From Tubiluchus corallicola (taxonomy: Eukaryota > Animalia > Priapulida): 64,000 nt of DNA. This document shows, piece by piece, positions 1 through 13,800 of this stretch (position 1 is its first letter; each line of letters starts with the position of its first letter). The stretch lies in assembly GCA_030141605.1 (NCBI GenBank), contig JAQGDQ010000101.1, forward strand, positions 186,001 to 250,000, written 5' to 3'. The notes below the pieces were generated by a model that did not search any database, was not told the DNA's origin, and was given only the letters and a program-made list of their open reading frames with translations. The position numbers and the translations under genes were made by a program.

Positions 1-371
1 CTTGTGAAAGCTCATTCCAGGCATTTACGAGTCTCTAACTAAAAAAGAATGTTCCTAGATCCAGATTAGCCTGTTTCTTACATATCTGCATACTGTGACG
101 CCTTGATTACCTACCTTAATTATGGAACTCGAAGAAGTTTCAGTAGTCATCTTTGTCAATGCCCTTTACCACCTTGAAGATTTGAATTAGATTAGCACGA
201 GTTCTTCTAGTGGTGAGTGTTTGTAATACTAGTTAATAAACTACCTATGCTATAAACTGCAGGCACAAAAGAGCGTTTCACTGCTACCAAACTAGATTTT
301 TAAAACTCTGTACGAATCCCCGCTTCCAAGACATGGCAATTACCATAACATGTTTACAAATAAAGACTTAC

Positions 372-3300
372 GTTCCGTCTCATTGGCTTTTATCATAGCT
401 GGACATTCGGCAAGAATCTGTTCCTTAAATTCCGTCACAAGAACATTGACACAGCACTCTGTTAACTGCAAGCAGAAAACATTCTCAGTTAATTCTTCAA
501 AGCACGGACTACATAAGAAGACTCGTTTGTGGCGCATCATTTCTAGATGGCCACTGCACACCTTTAATACTAATACAGTATGTTTTCCAAATGTCAAAAT
601 GATTACATTCGTTTTGTTTTGGACACTGAGGTCAATATTGCTTCAAACTAGTATCTATACTTTACAGTTCAAACTTGTACATGCATCTTCAGTTACCCCT
701 CCAAATCCTCCTTCGGGGAAATAGAAATTACACCCTTGATATGCAAACACTGGTGAGTTGGTGACAGCTGCACTCAATAAGACAAAGAAATTGTGGAGAA
801 GCAGCACTTTAAATTTTCGCGGGATATCCCCAAGAAATATACCTTGAAAGGAAAAGCCAATAAACAGTCCCCGTTACTGTTTCGCTAGTTATTTACCGTA
901 ACATCAAACCAAATACGAATATAATCTGATCACTCATTATGAAGCCTTAGCACATTTTGGTGTGTATAACAGCAACATGTGTAAGTGTTGGCACCATACC
1001 TAAAATGGTGCCAAAATTACAATTCTGCGGTTACTTACGGCAGCTACAGAATTACATCCGGGTCGAGTCTCTAGGTACTTTAACGCTCGTTGTTCCTCTT
1101 CTTTCAAAGCTTGATCTACAAAGTAAGCCAAAGAAAGATAACGTGGCCAAATCACAGCCCATGGCAGGTAAATATAAATATACACAATGATAACTCACAA
1201 ATAGATTACCAAGACTAGAAGGGCACTCAGTAGAATTAACACATTGTCACCTGAGCTGAGCATACATTACTAAACTACACGGTCACGATCAGCAGATGTC
1301 TTAACATTAAATATACCACATTTACATACATCCTGAGGAAAGGTTACAGACAGAATGTCACTCAAGCGCTGCATTCAAGCAAAAATTCCCTGAACTATAA
1401 CTTGGTAATAACTCGTGCTCCTTCATCATGGAGGTGTTTAAAGAAAGTGCTACCCTATTTTGCAGCCAAGTTCTTCTAAATAGCTATAAAACTCCCTACA
1501 AGTCTCCCATTAAAAGCTACACAAACTCTACATGGTGTTCAGCTAAGTTTTGTGAAAAAAAACAAAAGTGTTAAATTTGGGGGTTTTGACCCCCGGATTC
1601 TCAGTCATAACAAGTTTGCACTAAAATGAAGTGTTCTTCCTTATCCCTCTCCCATGCCCCATCCTTCCAAAATTTTCGAGGAAAGCGTTCACATAATCTT
1701 ATTAACTAATAAACTAATTGCGAAACAAAGCAGTGGTAAAGAAGAAGAAAAAAGAGAAGACATAACCTCACTATGGCAAAGGCAACAAGCAAAAGCAGCA
1801 TGTGAACATAGCAATCTACATACCTGCCCATCTCATGTAATTCTGAACTCCATTTGCCTGAAGATACTGTGGTGCTTTAGTTTTGTAAAATGCTTCAGTT
1901 GCATCTACGTATGCCTTTTCAAAATTTTCTCTGTATATCTTTAGTTTGTCTTCAGGTTCTGAACTAAGATTAACTATAAAAAACAATGACGTTTATTTCA
2001 TTTAAAACAGAGCACTAGGAAAAAATTATTATTTAGTACTACAGTATACACAAATATCTATAATATATGACATCTCATAAAGACAGGAAAACAGGTTACT
2101 AAATTATAGTGTAACATTGTGGTACCTTGGATTGATTATCATTTTCAAAGTGCATTTTATAATAAGCTTTTTTACAGTTCCAGCGATTGACAATAATCGT
2201 GAAAAGGTCAAAGGTTAAGTGAACTTAACAACATTATCCGAACCAAACAACTCATTTGTTAAACATTTAACAATGCCTTGCAGCCAACGCTACTGTAATA
2301 GTAACAGTTCTTGTCGTTAATTTCCGCCTCAATTATTTCGTTTTACGTGGACTGCTATTGCTATTTTGCTAAATGTTTTCGGATAAGAATAACGTGTTAA
2401 AACTATACAAGTGTAGTATGTAATAAAACCATGTATTTCGCCCACTTCACCAACATGTAGTTGCTTGCACAAGGTCATGTGACTATTGTAATTAAGTAAA
2501 ACCTGCTGGGTTCACTTAACTGTTCACCTACAGCAACTGCATGTGCACATAGCGAAAGTGTGAAATTTCTTATTCCCAACAAAGCAGACTAAAAAATTAC
2601 CATATAGCATTTTCAGTCTTTTTTACTCATAGCTCATAGCTGCTCTCTCTTTACTCAACTTACCTTCGTTATTTTTAGCTTTTGTTTTTCTTTACAAATC
2701 AACTATCTAACTTTTCACGGAGAAGAGCAGCCACATATTAGCTGAAGACTCAGCTTATTACCTTAAACTGTCTAGACAGATGGCAAAATCTTATTGTTAG
2801 TTTAGTTGAGCCTGATCCGGGTTTAATAGCAAAGAAGTAAATCGATGCGTTTGTATTTTCACATTATTGCTTGAAGCCATTATCTCAAATGGCCACTAAC
2901 TTTCCTTGGGCGATTGTACATAAAAATTACAATTATACATACATGAATATTATTACTCCATTGTAATACTTGCAATTTCACTACATCCTTATGCAAAGCA
3001 TTTTCAGTTCACAGCAAAGCTTCATGACAGCAGCATTATTACACTAAAATCCTAAGAGGACTTCTGAGACACTGTACAAAAGTTTAAGCAAGTCCTAAGG
3101 GAATTTTCAGGTGGCTGTAATTGCTGACACCCATTTTGCAAAACACCACCCCCACACACCTGTTTTGGCACATAACTTGTCGTAATTATGTTGTATATAA
3201 GCATTAACATTAATACAAAGTACAAAATACTTCATATCTAAATGCAAAATCTTATATATGGTAAAGCAAGTAACCTAGGGGATAAAGGGGTAAGGGAGAT

Positions 3301-6300
3301 AAATGGAGCTGCGACATACCATGAGGATGTAAGAAGGTCTCTGTCCCAATTAGCATTTCTAATGGAAAAAATGGCTTTATAAAAAACCAAAAATAAACAA
3401 AAAGTTGGGCTTATATGCATTTTTAAATCTTGCTTTAGTAGTGAGGTACCATAAGAAACAGAAACATGTGAGAGGCTTAGGACTAGAAAAAAATTATGTT
3501 TGTTTTCAGCTGCCAACAGACTGTACCATTTTGTGTGCAACTCAATTTTTTTACGTTTATCAAAGTGAATTTTTTTTATTAGAATGACATTTTTATTAGG
3601 GACATAAGAAACTGATTCAACTGCGAAATGCAAGACTGTTCTTAGTACATCAATCTACTACAGCTACGTTTACCTAATGCAAATTCACTTTGAAAGTCAG
3701 CACTTAAAAATAAAAACTGTAGTAAATGTAAAAAATGAAATATAAAAATAAAATAATTAAACAATAAAGATTTACATGTAACCAACGAACACTAATGTTC
3801 ATCATACAGTAAATGTGAATGATCTGATGATGACAGTGGTGGTGATGATGGTGCTACAGTTACATGTTTATATGCATCTCTTATTAATTAGCTAGAAACA
3901 AAACACTATTTTCAACAAAAATAAACTACACTTTTAAATATATTACTTATGTGTGGTGCATGAAAAAAGTGGTGAACTCATCAAAATAGGATGTGGTATA
4001 ACCTGGTTAGAAAATCTGATAAATTCACACCGACATAGTCACATGACAAACAAATAAAAACTCCTACCTACCAATAGGGTAAAATGACAACAAATTCAAA
4101 ACAAACATATATTTTTAGGCCTCACCGGCTTATTTGTAGTTTCTGAGATAAATTTCTCACAAGGTTTAATTGAGGTCAAAATGCAATGCATACCATATGA
4201 TTCCCTAACTCCTATGACAAGTTGACTATCGAAAGCTTCTCCACTTCGCTCGGCATGAACAAGCTTCATTGCGCTATCTTGTAGTCGTTGCTTTATATTG
4301 GAAAATATACTTTCATTCCAACTATCTAGCATCAACTAAATGTTAGAAAATAAAATACAACAAATTACTTTTAGCTTGCAGTTGTACACTTCACTGATAA
4401 TCAATTTCAAAATTAAAGCATTAAAATTGTTTTTTTCTAAATATGTTCACAGGCCTGCAGAAGTGTCAGAGTTGGGTTAAATAAACATCCATAAATATGA
4501 CTTTGCATAACACAGTTATTATTATGAAAATATCAATGCAGAAAATGGAAATTTTATAAAACATGAAATAAGTTAAAAATATAAGTTTTTCACAATTGCA
4601 GTACTACTTTTTAGTCAGAAAAGTGGGTACAATGTTACAAAAAACAAATTTCATAATCAAATTAACCAACACATAAATTTGAAACGTAATATGCAATCAG
4701 TAAAAATCAAAAACAATTACGTGAAAATGATCACCGTTATTAAAAAAATTAATGTAGAGAAATCTAAGAGGCCATGGCCCATGTCAAGCCCCACAAGTAT
4801 TTTTATAATGAATTATAAAACAATATTTTCCAGCTACCATAGGCCAGGCACCCATAGTATTTAATTGAGAATTTCCTTATACCTGTGCTGCATATTGAAC
4901 GAAATGATAATTTTTACTGGCTAAAGTTTACAATTCCTCACACACAATAGTTTCCGATAGCTGATTTGGGCTAGGATTAGCATTAGGGTTAGGATTAGGA
5001 TTAGGGTTAGGGTATGTAAATTGTAAAACTTGTAAACTCCTTCCATTTTACTTTGTTTTGTGTTGTAACTGTGAATATCAGAATCGTGGCAACAATGGAA
5101 AGTGGATAAAAAATACCTTTCGCACTAAGCTCTCTTCTGTTTGATTCTTTTTTTGTGAGCTGGTGGCTGTTTTGTTACTTAATGTTGTTTCTAATTGGCT
5201 AAATGGCATTGGTAGATAACTGCATTGAGCAAAAAACTTCTTCCATTCGGCAATGTAAGCCTTTAATAATGCTGAATCTTCTTGATGTTGTAACACCCTC
5301 TGTATAACAAAAACGAAAGATGAATATAAAGAATATATTTCTCAAATTAGCTCGCAACTAACGGTATTGTTAATTAGTTAGATTACGAGTGTGATCGCCA
5401 GAGTGTTTATAAACCACTGTGGTTTATTTTTAACAATTATTACCCATTGCGAGTAATGAGTTGGAGAAAGAAAGGAAGTAGGCATACTAAACACAAGTCT
5501 GAGGTTCAAATCCCGACTAGTCCACAATGTTCAGCATGCCTTTTCTTTCTCCAACACATTATCTACAATGGATAATAAATGTTAAAAACAAACAAGTGGT
5601 TTATAAACACTCAAAAGTTGCTCTTTATTTTTAAAAATCTATTAAACATTACGAACAATAAAGCAGGAAATGACAATTATGTGGCTCAGTCTATGATTCA
5701 AGAGAAGTTTAGTGGCACTGAAGCATATTAATGTACATCTGCATGCTCTTTGCTATATATAGCCATGTAGCAATTTTACACTCCAAAGGCCAGTTTCACA
5801 ATGCCATCACTAAGTTAACGATGTCATTATTACATTCACTGAACTATTAATAACAATGTCATTAAGTTAGTGATGGCTTTGTGAAACTGGGCCCTGCTTT
5901 AAAGTCAAGTATGGCAGCCGGAGAAAATGGTATCAAACTTCAAATCCAGGACAAAAAATTCTCAATTTACTGAGTAAAATTTCAGCACAAGACGAATGTC
6001 AATGGTTAATCAGCTGCAAAGGAAATTGAAAATCAAATTTGATAGTAACTTATATGAAATACAAATGAACATATTTGTAACTAGGCCTGCAAAGATGCAT
6101 CGTGACACCTTTTGTGGAACACATGTATCGTAAAATCGCACCAGTATGACGGTAATCTAAAATCGCACCAGTATGACGGTAATCTGAGTCATTGATATTT
6201 AGTATGTGTTTGACCGCTGATAAAAACAGTGGGAAATAATTCAAGCTACAGCTGTAGAATGTACTGTGAATATGTAACAATCAGTGCAGTGGGTGCAGCA

Positions 6301-8177
6301 TTAGTAGACTTGACACAAGTACACCTGCTGCTAGTAGCCAAAGCAAAGCAGTTAAAAACACAATGTGCATATAATAATCTATAGTAGGCTAATGGCTTGC
6401 AGCAAATGTAAACTAAAAATGCACCAACATATTTGAAATGTTTTGCATTTCTGGTGACTTGCAATGCATTTAATAAAAAGTATAAATAGCTTGAATTATT
6501 TTAGTACTTAGTAATCTTAAAGTTGTTTGATAAATATAATATACATATATAACTAGATTAACTCGATAATGATAAAACTAGATTAAGGTGTTGATATTGG
6601 CATTTATAAGGTGTTTAATATATACATATCTATATATGTATATATATGATATATATATATTAAAGCCTACAAACGTTAACACAATGTGTATTTCGACACA
6701 TGTCATATGTGATGTTAGTATTGTGATATGTATCAGGTGTATCGTTACAGCCCTATTTGCAAAGGCACTTGCAATATATAGTTTAAAAATGCTCAAAACA
6801 AATTCAACTTGTAAACAATGTTCTGAGCCAAATGTGAACAAACCATAGGCTCCAAATTGTACACTAGCACTCACTTGTTGAGCTTGAGTAATAAAATCAA
6901 GAATATCAGAATGCAAGGCATCATGAACACGCGGAGCTCCGTTCTTATCATCCCAGAGACAAACCAGATGAACATTCCTGTAAAGAACAAAATAAAAACA
7001 AAATCATTCATCTTGTACATTCATTTATTGAAATCGTCAATGTTTTAAAGGAGCATAAGGACAGAATATACTGCATATTTTGATACTCTATAACTCAGAA
7101 ACGGCTGAACACAAAATAATTCTATGGAAGAGTCTGTAGATGCTAAAAGTAAGAATCGGTTTAACCAACTAAGATTATCGCACACTGCACTAGGAAATTG
7201 CACTGCAAAATAATCATTCCCGTCAAAGGATAATACATTATTTCTGTTAATTACATAATTTGTTTCTTGATTGACAGATTGTGTTTGTAAAAATTTGAGA
7301 GCTGCTCAAAGCTCTGTTTTATTACACTTTATAGCCACGTAAGTCACCAAGCTGCAAATGTTTGTAAAACATAATCATTTATAAGCCCACTACAAATATG
7401 TGATAAAAAACTTAGTTACTGAAAATATAATAATAATTGCATTTGAGAAAGTTGATACATTCAATGTTTTTAGTTTTAACAAATTTTATATAGTTTGAAC
7501 TTACATAAAAAGGTCATGCCACTCAGTTTTAGACACAGGTTCTTGTTTCAGTAATTTTAAAACGTAGGGCCGCATTTCAGGCCATTTTTCATCAAACTGC
7601 CAGACGCTTTTGTTCTGTAATAAAAAAATGAGTTTTTCAAAGAACTTAAAAGAAACATAGCCTAAAGCACAAACATCACTTAAAAAACACTTCAACAAAT
7701 AATCCTAGTAACATTTCAGAGAAGTAAGACCACCAAAGCGGCTCAGAATTAATGCATCAGTACTACTACTACTACTAGTAGGGTATAAATTTTTACATAA
7801 CGAGTTCTCACCGTTTTGACAAACACATCGTAAATTCTTCACATTTTAGCCTTCCTGTAGATATGCTGGTTCTACGTAGAAGATATGCAGAGATACTGAC
7901 ACGTGAAGGTGACAGTACATTTGTTACTGTTTCTATTTAACTTTAATAAAAGCAAAATAACTTTGACAAAAAATATCAGCATAACCATGGGTAGTTTTAG
8001 TTGTGGCAGTTTTTGTAGAAAACCACAGCTGCCTTTTCATAGCAACAGTTTGCTATAACAAACAGGACAAACATCAACAATTGTGTCAGCAACTCTACAT
8101 ATTGTTAAAGTTAACTCTTGTAGAGTTAAATATTTTTAAAAACTTACCATTAACAAATTTGCTACGGGCGCAGCCAT
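372..8177 (-). CDS. CUL5: Cullin-5, N-terminal 8 coding exons (gene continues beyond the left edge)
   Basis: GT-AG exons with consistent phase: 8177-8148 (MAAPVANLLM), 7614-7505 (NKSVWQFDEKWPEMRPYVLKLLKQEPVSKTEWHDLF), 6977-6875 (VHLVCLWDDKNG..), 5299-5117, 4335-4194 (LMLDSWNESIFSNIKQRLQDSAMKLVHAERSGEAFDSQLVIGVRESY), 1973-1824, 1115-1039, 465-372. Peptides closely match remembered CUL5 sequence. Confidence 0.96.
1214..1790. mobile_element. Degenerate non-autonomous Helentron/HINE-like repeat in a CUL5 intron
   Basis: Starts ACTAGAAGGGCACTCAGTAGA and ends ACATAACCTC..TGGCAAAGGCAA, resembling the termini of a widespread invertebrate Helentron-type family (from memory); boundaries approximate. 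Confidence 0.45.
4968..5012 (+). repeat. Short degenerate TTAGGG/TTAGGA array
   Basis: ctagga ttagca ttaggg ttagga ttagga ttaggg ttaggg read directly. Confidence 0.7.
5401..5612. repeat. Foldback inverted repeat, about 90-bp imperfect arms with a tRNA B-box-like loop
   Basis: GAGTGTTTATAAACCACT..GTTGGAGAAAGAAAGG pairs with CCTTTTCTTTCTCCAAC..AGTGGTTTATAAACACTC; the loop contains GGTTCAAATCCC. Confidence 0.75.
5788..5893. mobile_element. Small palindromic MITE, PIF/Harbinger-like termini
   Basis: GGCCAGTTTCACAATGCCATCACTAAGTTAA ... TTAAGTTAGTGATGGCTTTGTGAAACTGGGCC; the superfamily call is inference. Confidence 0.6.
6082..6755. mobile_element. Old hAT-like MITE
   Basis: Imperfect TIRs TAGGCCTGCAAAGATGCA / TGTATCGTTACAGCCCTA; degenerate 8-bp flanks tttgtaac / tttgcaaa; internal 27-bp tandem duplication near 6131-6185. 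Confidence 0.5.
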
Positions 8178-8541
8178 CTTAAACGTTTTCGCGCAGCTCC
8201 AGGCATAGTTACTTACACATGTCCCGCTTTACAAACTAGGAGCACTTTGCACGACCAACTTGCTCCCAAGGCATTTACGAAGGCAAAACTGTGGACTGTA
8301 GTGGCAGCTGAAACAATTATTGTAATACGTACTCTATAATGCATATAATACAGTGTATATGGTGTCTATAATTATTCTATATTATAATGTATGTGTCTAT
8401 GTTTATATAAAAATGTATTATTTTGTATGTTCACTATTTGAATTTTTAAATACTTCACCAAAATGACAGTGAAACACAGTTGCCACCAGCATGGTTTTTA
8501 GGTAGATTAGCTAATCATAACCACTAAATATCATTGACTTG

Positions 8542-8969
8542 TAGGGGTGAGCATTCTCTACCGGAAAGCGAATTCGAATTGAACCGAATTTGTGACTTTC
8601 GAATTCGAATCGAACCGAACTTCAGTGTTTCGAATTCGAATTGAGATCGGAAGATTTTCGAACAAGTTTTCGAACCACCAGCAAAAATTTGTCTTACAAA
8701 GATCATGCATATCACTAGATTTTGCTCTGCAATAAAACGACTAGTAATTTATTTAAAATTGCGTGCAGAAATCACAGCTAAATTATGCTAATTGCATGAT
8801 GTTTCATTCGTTTTAGTGATAAAGAACATGTGTGATTGAAGTGTTGAATTATTCGAACCTATAATTTTGGATTCGAATGGAGTTCGAACTAAAAAACTCG
8901 TTCGAATCGAATTCGAGCGTTCGAATTAGATTCGAACGTTCGAACTCGAACGTTAGATGTTCACCCCTA
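8542..8969. mobile_element. Young hAT-type MITE with TTCGAA-rich subtermini
   Basis: TIRs TAGGGGTGAGCAT / ATGTTCACCCCTA; perfect 8-bp TSD TTGACTTG at 8534-8541 and 8970-8977. Confidence 0.9.
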
Positions 8970-8985
8970 TTGACTTGCCATTCAG

Positions 8986-9844
8986 TAGTGGCGAGGATTC
9001 TCTACCAGAATGTAAATTCGAATCAAATTTGTCACTTTCGAACTATGAACTATGAATTTTATTTCATACATCAAAAAATACAATATCAAACACATTAATA
9101 AACTTTAAATTAAAATAATTTGAGTAGTGCGAGGTGAGTGTACGACCATACGGTCATTAACACACTCACCTTACTTAAATGAAAATATGATTATAGTTAT
9201 GCATGCTTCTGTCGATAACTTAATGTAAATAAGGATGAAGTAAATGATGTAATAATAGCAATGGTATAAGAGCAATAAACTGAAAGTTGTTAAAGGAAAA
9301 CATAATATGTAATTACGACTTTGAGTGAGCCTTAAAGAGTGGAAAAAAATTAAATAGTTACGAATATGAATTATGTGATTATCTGTCAATGCACCTCTTA
9401 CTTGTATTACAATGCACCATATAGCTTACTTGTATATACAATGATATACATATACACATATGTACCCAAATTTAAGTGGGGGAGAAGAGATTAAATTATA
9501 CATTATACTTGTAGTAATAACTATAATTGTATAGAACATTTAGATATAATTGATGGTAGTAATGTAGAAGTCGCATCAAATCGAATATTAAGATTTAGAA
9601 TCTGAATGGAAAGCGAATTCAGTTTTAAAGTTTTTTGAATCATTATTGAAAAGTAAACTCACAAAGATCAAGCATATTACTTGACCTTATTCTGCCGTAA
9701 AATACTAATAATCGCAGCTAAACAGTGCTGATTGCATTATGCTTCAAACACTTTAATGATAAAAATCGAATTCCAACTAAAAAAACTCGTTAGAATAGAA
9801 TTTGTACATTCAAATCCGATTCAAACGTTTGCTGCTCACCCCTA
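8986..9844. mobile_element. Older copy of the same hAT MITE family, interrupted by an approximately 0.5-kb insert
   Basis: Begins TAGTGGCGAGGATTCTCTACC, ends TGCTCACCCCTA; TSD CCATTCAG / TCATTCAG; internal blocks align by eye with 8542-8969. The insert (about 9050-9570) has a stem-loop and a short tandem tail like a retroposon 3' end on the minus strand. Confidence 0.75.
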
Positions 9845-11189
9845 TCATTCAGTTTAGTCTATCTATCAGCAATGGCAGTCCATCTGATATTTCTGTAATT
9901 TCAGCATAATTTATTGTTCAATTTGTTAAACACCGATTTTTTCATAAGAAACTAATTTTAAAATAATAGAGCTATGATAAAAATGCCCAAAGTACTGTAA
10001 ATATATTACGATGGAAGTTTTACTTCTTTATGTCAACTTAAGTCAGGTTGTCAAATTCAGGTTGTGAAATTGACATTTATAAAAAGCATTCAGCAAAAAG
10101 GGAACAAAGTGTGACATGTATGACAATTAGGAGTTATCATTATTGTACTACAGTATTGTAATACAAGAAATTAATATATTTATTACTTAACCTAAAATTA
10201 GGAACTATCTTAAATAGCACGCAGGGGTGTACGTAATTTGGCGTGACTAAAAATGGAGCACATTAGCCAACCTTCTTATTAAATCACTAAATACTTGTGA
10301 TTCATAAACTTTCTGCAACTATTAAACGAAAATCAATTTTAAAAAATAATGCAGCATGACGACACCCACATCAAGAGCTCACAACTATGCAGCATGACGA
10401 CACCCACATCAAGAGTCCACCACTCACAACTATGCAGCGTTTAAATTGGTTATCATATCTTTAATCTTAAACATTATTAAACATAAAAATCATACTATTG
10501 TTAAAGATTAATAAACATCTTGCTATTATTAAACATAGAAAGTAATAACTTTTAATGTCAGCGTGCACAACAAGAAAACAAATTTCAAATTTAATCAGCA
10601 AGTTATGTATACCGGTCTTTTATAACTTATAATACAACTATAAAAACAATAATAGAATACACATTAATAAAATTAATAAAGATGTACGCTGACACGTTAT
10701 GCAGGATTTTACAAAGTCAAAATCATATCTTGAGACTAGTTGTCATTCCAGTGTTTGTGTGGTTCTACAACATGTCAATGTTTATTCATGTCCCAAATAA
10801 AGAAACTTTACTGAACAAATGCATAAATTACTTTTTAAACAGTTTTTCATGATTCACGATAAGCAAAAATTCGTATATTTATTCATCTCTTATTTCTAGG
10901 CATGAAAAGGTAGGTGAAAGATATGTGCAACAGTGCTGCTCTAACCAGAAAGCAACTGTATACCCATGTACATACCCTGCTGCATGCTGCAAGTCATTTT
11001 AAAACTTTAAGTTTATAGCACACTCAACAATTTTACAGTCCCATACAGAAAGCAAATATATTACAGGGCCCATTTGGATAAGAGATTCAATACAGAATAA
11101 AAGGAATCTACGTTAAACAGAACAGTCTGAAAAGAATAGTTAAAAATAATAAGTAACTACAATATTTTCACCAAATAAAATTTTTCTGG

Positions 11190-12893
11190 TTAATAATGAG
11201 CACTTCTTGACTTGAGTTTGTCAGCTGCCCTTGCAAGGCGCATCCTGTAGCTAATCAGCTCCTGCCAGTCTTTTTCACACATCAGTAATTGGTTATTCCT
11301 ACGAACCTCTTCATGGAATGTAGAATCTCTTAGTTCATACCTAAAATTATTTATGCTATTATTTACCTTACAGGTACAAAAGGGTAAATCTCCGAATTGA
11401 TCTATTTATTAGGTTATATAACATGAACATACTAATAAAGTTTAGTAATGATGTAAAACCGAGCAGTTGTGGGAAGAGATGCATTATTTTATTCTACTAA
11501 AATGAATGATAAACTAAATTTTACTTTGCAGTTACATGTAGTATCTTTTACTCACCATCTAGGACGTGGTCCACGTATTCTATCTATTTCCTCCTTCAGT
11601 TTAACTTTGAGAAGCTGCGCTTCTTCCATCTGTAATTGCCTTCTTCGTAATTCTAAAAGCTCATTTGTAAAAGGCAAATGAGACAATTCTATAAAAAAAG
11701 CACACAGAGCATTATAATAAATAGAAGTTCTGTGTTAATCTAGTTTTATGTAACTTCAGTATATTTTTATGCATGTATAATCAAGTAAATTCTCCACAAA
11801 TTAAATAATTAACTTTTTGTTCTTAACAAAGAGATCATTTTAAAAAGGCTGCATGGTTTTAGGTGAAACACACAAACAGATACTCGAGACATTTATCTGT
11901 GTATATTGACAACCTAAATTATGCAAAGCAAGCAAGTAAAAATAACTTGAAATGTTGACAACTTTTCATTGTCACATTACACTTGAAACAAAAAGAATAT
12001 AATTATACTTTTAATAAAATAAAATTTAAGCGATTAACAAACCTGGTTTTAAAACAGAATCAGATGCATAAAATGAATTCAGATTACATTTGTCATCAGC
12101 AAAATTGGAATGGGTATGACCGCCATCGTGTCCAATGCCTGAATTCTCAAGTAAATGTGAATAGTCCTTTTTAAGCAACCTGTCTGATGGCACATGATGT
12201 CCAAGTGTCACTGGAAAATATTTTTTTGCCAAATTCAGATCCAGCATGCTGTTTGTATTAGGATCGGGTGGATGAGGAATGTCCCATGACGAAATGACTG
12301 AACGTGGACTGTCAGAAAGCAGTGAAGATGATTTTCTTTCATAAGGCTCTGACATAGATGCATGATGTTTTGGTTCAAGAAACCACGGATCATCTCTCTC
12401 TGAATAATTTGACCTGTAGCTTTCACCATCTGGTGGACTAATGCTTTCTCTAACTCTTACGTCGGCTGTCTGATCGTCACCAGATTCTATACCGCGTAAA
12501 CTGCTTGCATCATCGTGTTCACTACTGTGGAGATCACTCAAGTCTTCCAAATGACCTTCAGTACTTGCATGACTTTCCTCATCTCGAACAAAATCAGTTT
12601 TGTTTCTGCTGCCAAAGCTAACATTTTTCTTCTCGCTGTTATTCAGACTAGAATAAAGATCAGTTAAGTCCAAGGTTAAGCTGCTACTTTCTTCACTTGA
12701 CAAATCTTCTTTTTTGTAAGATAAATAGTTTCCACTCTTTTGACTGGAGCGAAGTGTGTTCCTAGGAGATTCTTTTGGTGCATTGGTTACAGCACTAACT
12801 TGTGCAAATCTATCAGATGCAGAAGAGGAAGAATGATCTTTATGTCTTCTCAAAGTAATCTGAGAATTCGTTTGATGTCGACTAGATTTCTTC
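11190..12893 (-). CDS. Uncharacterised protein: Ser/acidic disordered region plus helical C-terminal domain (last three exons; start exon not located)
   Basis: Exons 12893-12043, 11688-11556 (ELSHLPFTNELLELRRRQLQMEEAQLLKVKLKEEIDRIRGPRPRW) and 11340-11190 (YELRDSTFHEEVRRNNQLLMCEKDWQELISYRMRLARAADKLKSRSAHY*) join in phase through GT-AG sites. Confidence 0.8.
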
Positions 12894-13599
12894 CTACACA
12901 AAAAATCAAAGGAAATGAAACAAATCAGTCAGTGATAACAGTGTGCGCATGTCTAGTTACCAAGCCCAGGCAATGCTGGGCTTGGTTATTAAACAAATGG
13001 GTGGCCACCATCAAAATCGCTGCTGAGTGCTCTTGGTTTGGCAGGATGTCTAAAAAAGTGCATTGTTGCACGTAGTTAAGATAACTCTGCTGCTCGAGCA
13101 TAGGGAAATATCATTTACAATGAACTAGGCTTCAGTTCTGCCACAAACAGAAAATTTGTATAGTAGTTAGTGATAGTTAACAGCTACTTCACACTACATC
13201 GTATAAAAAGATTAACAGAAAATTATTGCTTATGTATCTCGTTCATTCTTTTCCTGCTTAAAAGCACTAATAAATTATTACGATATTAGCTGTATGCTGC
13301 AAAGTTCTGTGCACACAATTTAACTGATATGCTCAATAATTGCTCAATAATTACATGTACACTCAATTATGTATACAAATAAAGTTACTGTAAGTGCTTC
13401 TTTTTAAATTAACTGACCCAAACAAGGCCAGTAGATAAGATGCTATGATAGAAAGGACGAAATATGAATCCAGACACGAAAAATTTCAGAGTAATTTTCT
13501 GGAGGCATTATACCTTTATATTATTATATATACATGTAAATGTATGTTTTGACAGATCGTCATGATGACCATAATCACCATATCACAAATACAAAAATC

Positions 13600-13800
13600 T
13601 ATGGTCGACTTATCAATACCAAGATGAGCAGCGAATGCGCGGCTATACTTTTAGCGAGGCGTATATCACGTGACTAAAAACAAGGGTAAATAAAGTAACG
13701 AACGAAATTAATAGCTATTTACAGCAAAGCTACGAATGAGTATTTGTGTGACTGTATCATTTATTTTGTTAAATTGGCATTTATCTCCTACGGTAAGTAA
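13600..13800. promoter_or_regulatory. Candidate bidirectional promoter and non-coding first exon
   Basis: Local CpG enrichment, TCACGTGAC E-box at 13666-13674 and a plus-strand donor CG|GTAAGT near 13792, lying between two divergent genes. Confidence 0.4.

Noticed and set aside
4968-5012. Telomere or chromosome-fusion scar
   Set aside because: Only about 7 degenerate units in one orientation; such tracts are common inside invertebrate repeats.
8560-8960. Heat-shock elements upstream of CUL5
   Set aside because: TTCGAA/GAATTC repeats mostly lack the nGAAn spacing of true HSEs and are explained as hAT subterminal motifs.
12952-12990. Helitron-like 3' hairpin plus CTAG on the minus strand
   Set aside because: The hairpin is real, but no 5' end or second copy could be identified.
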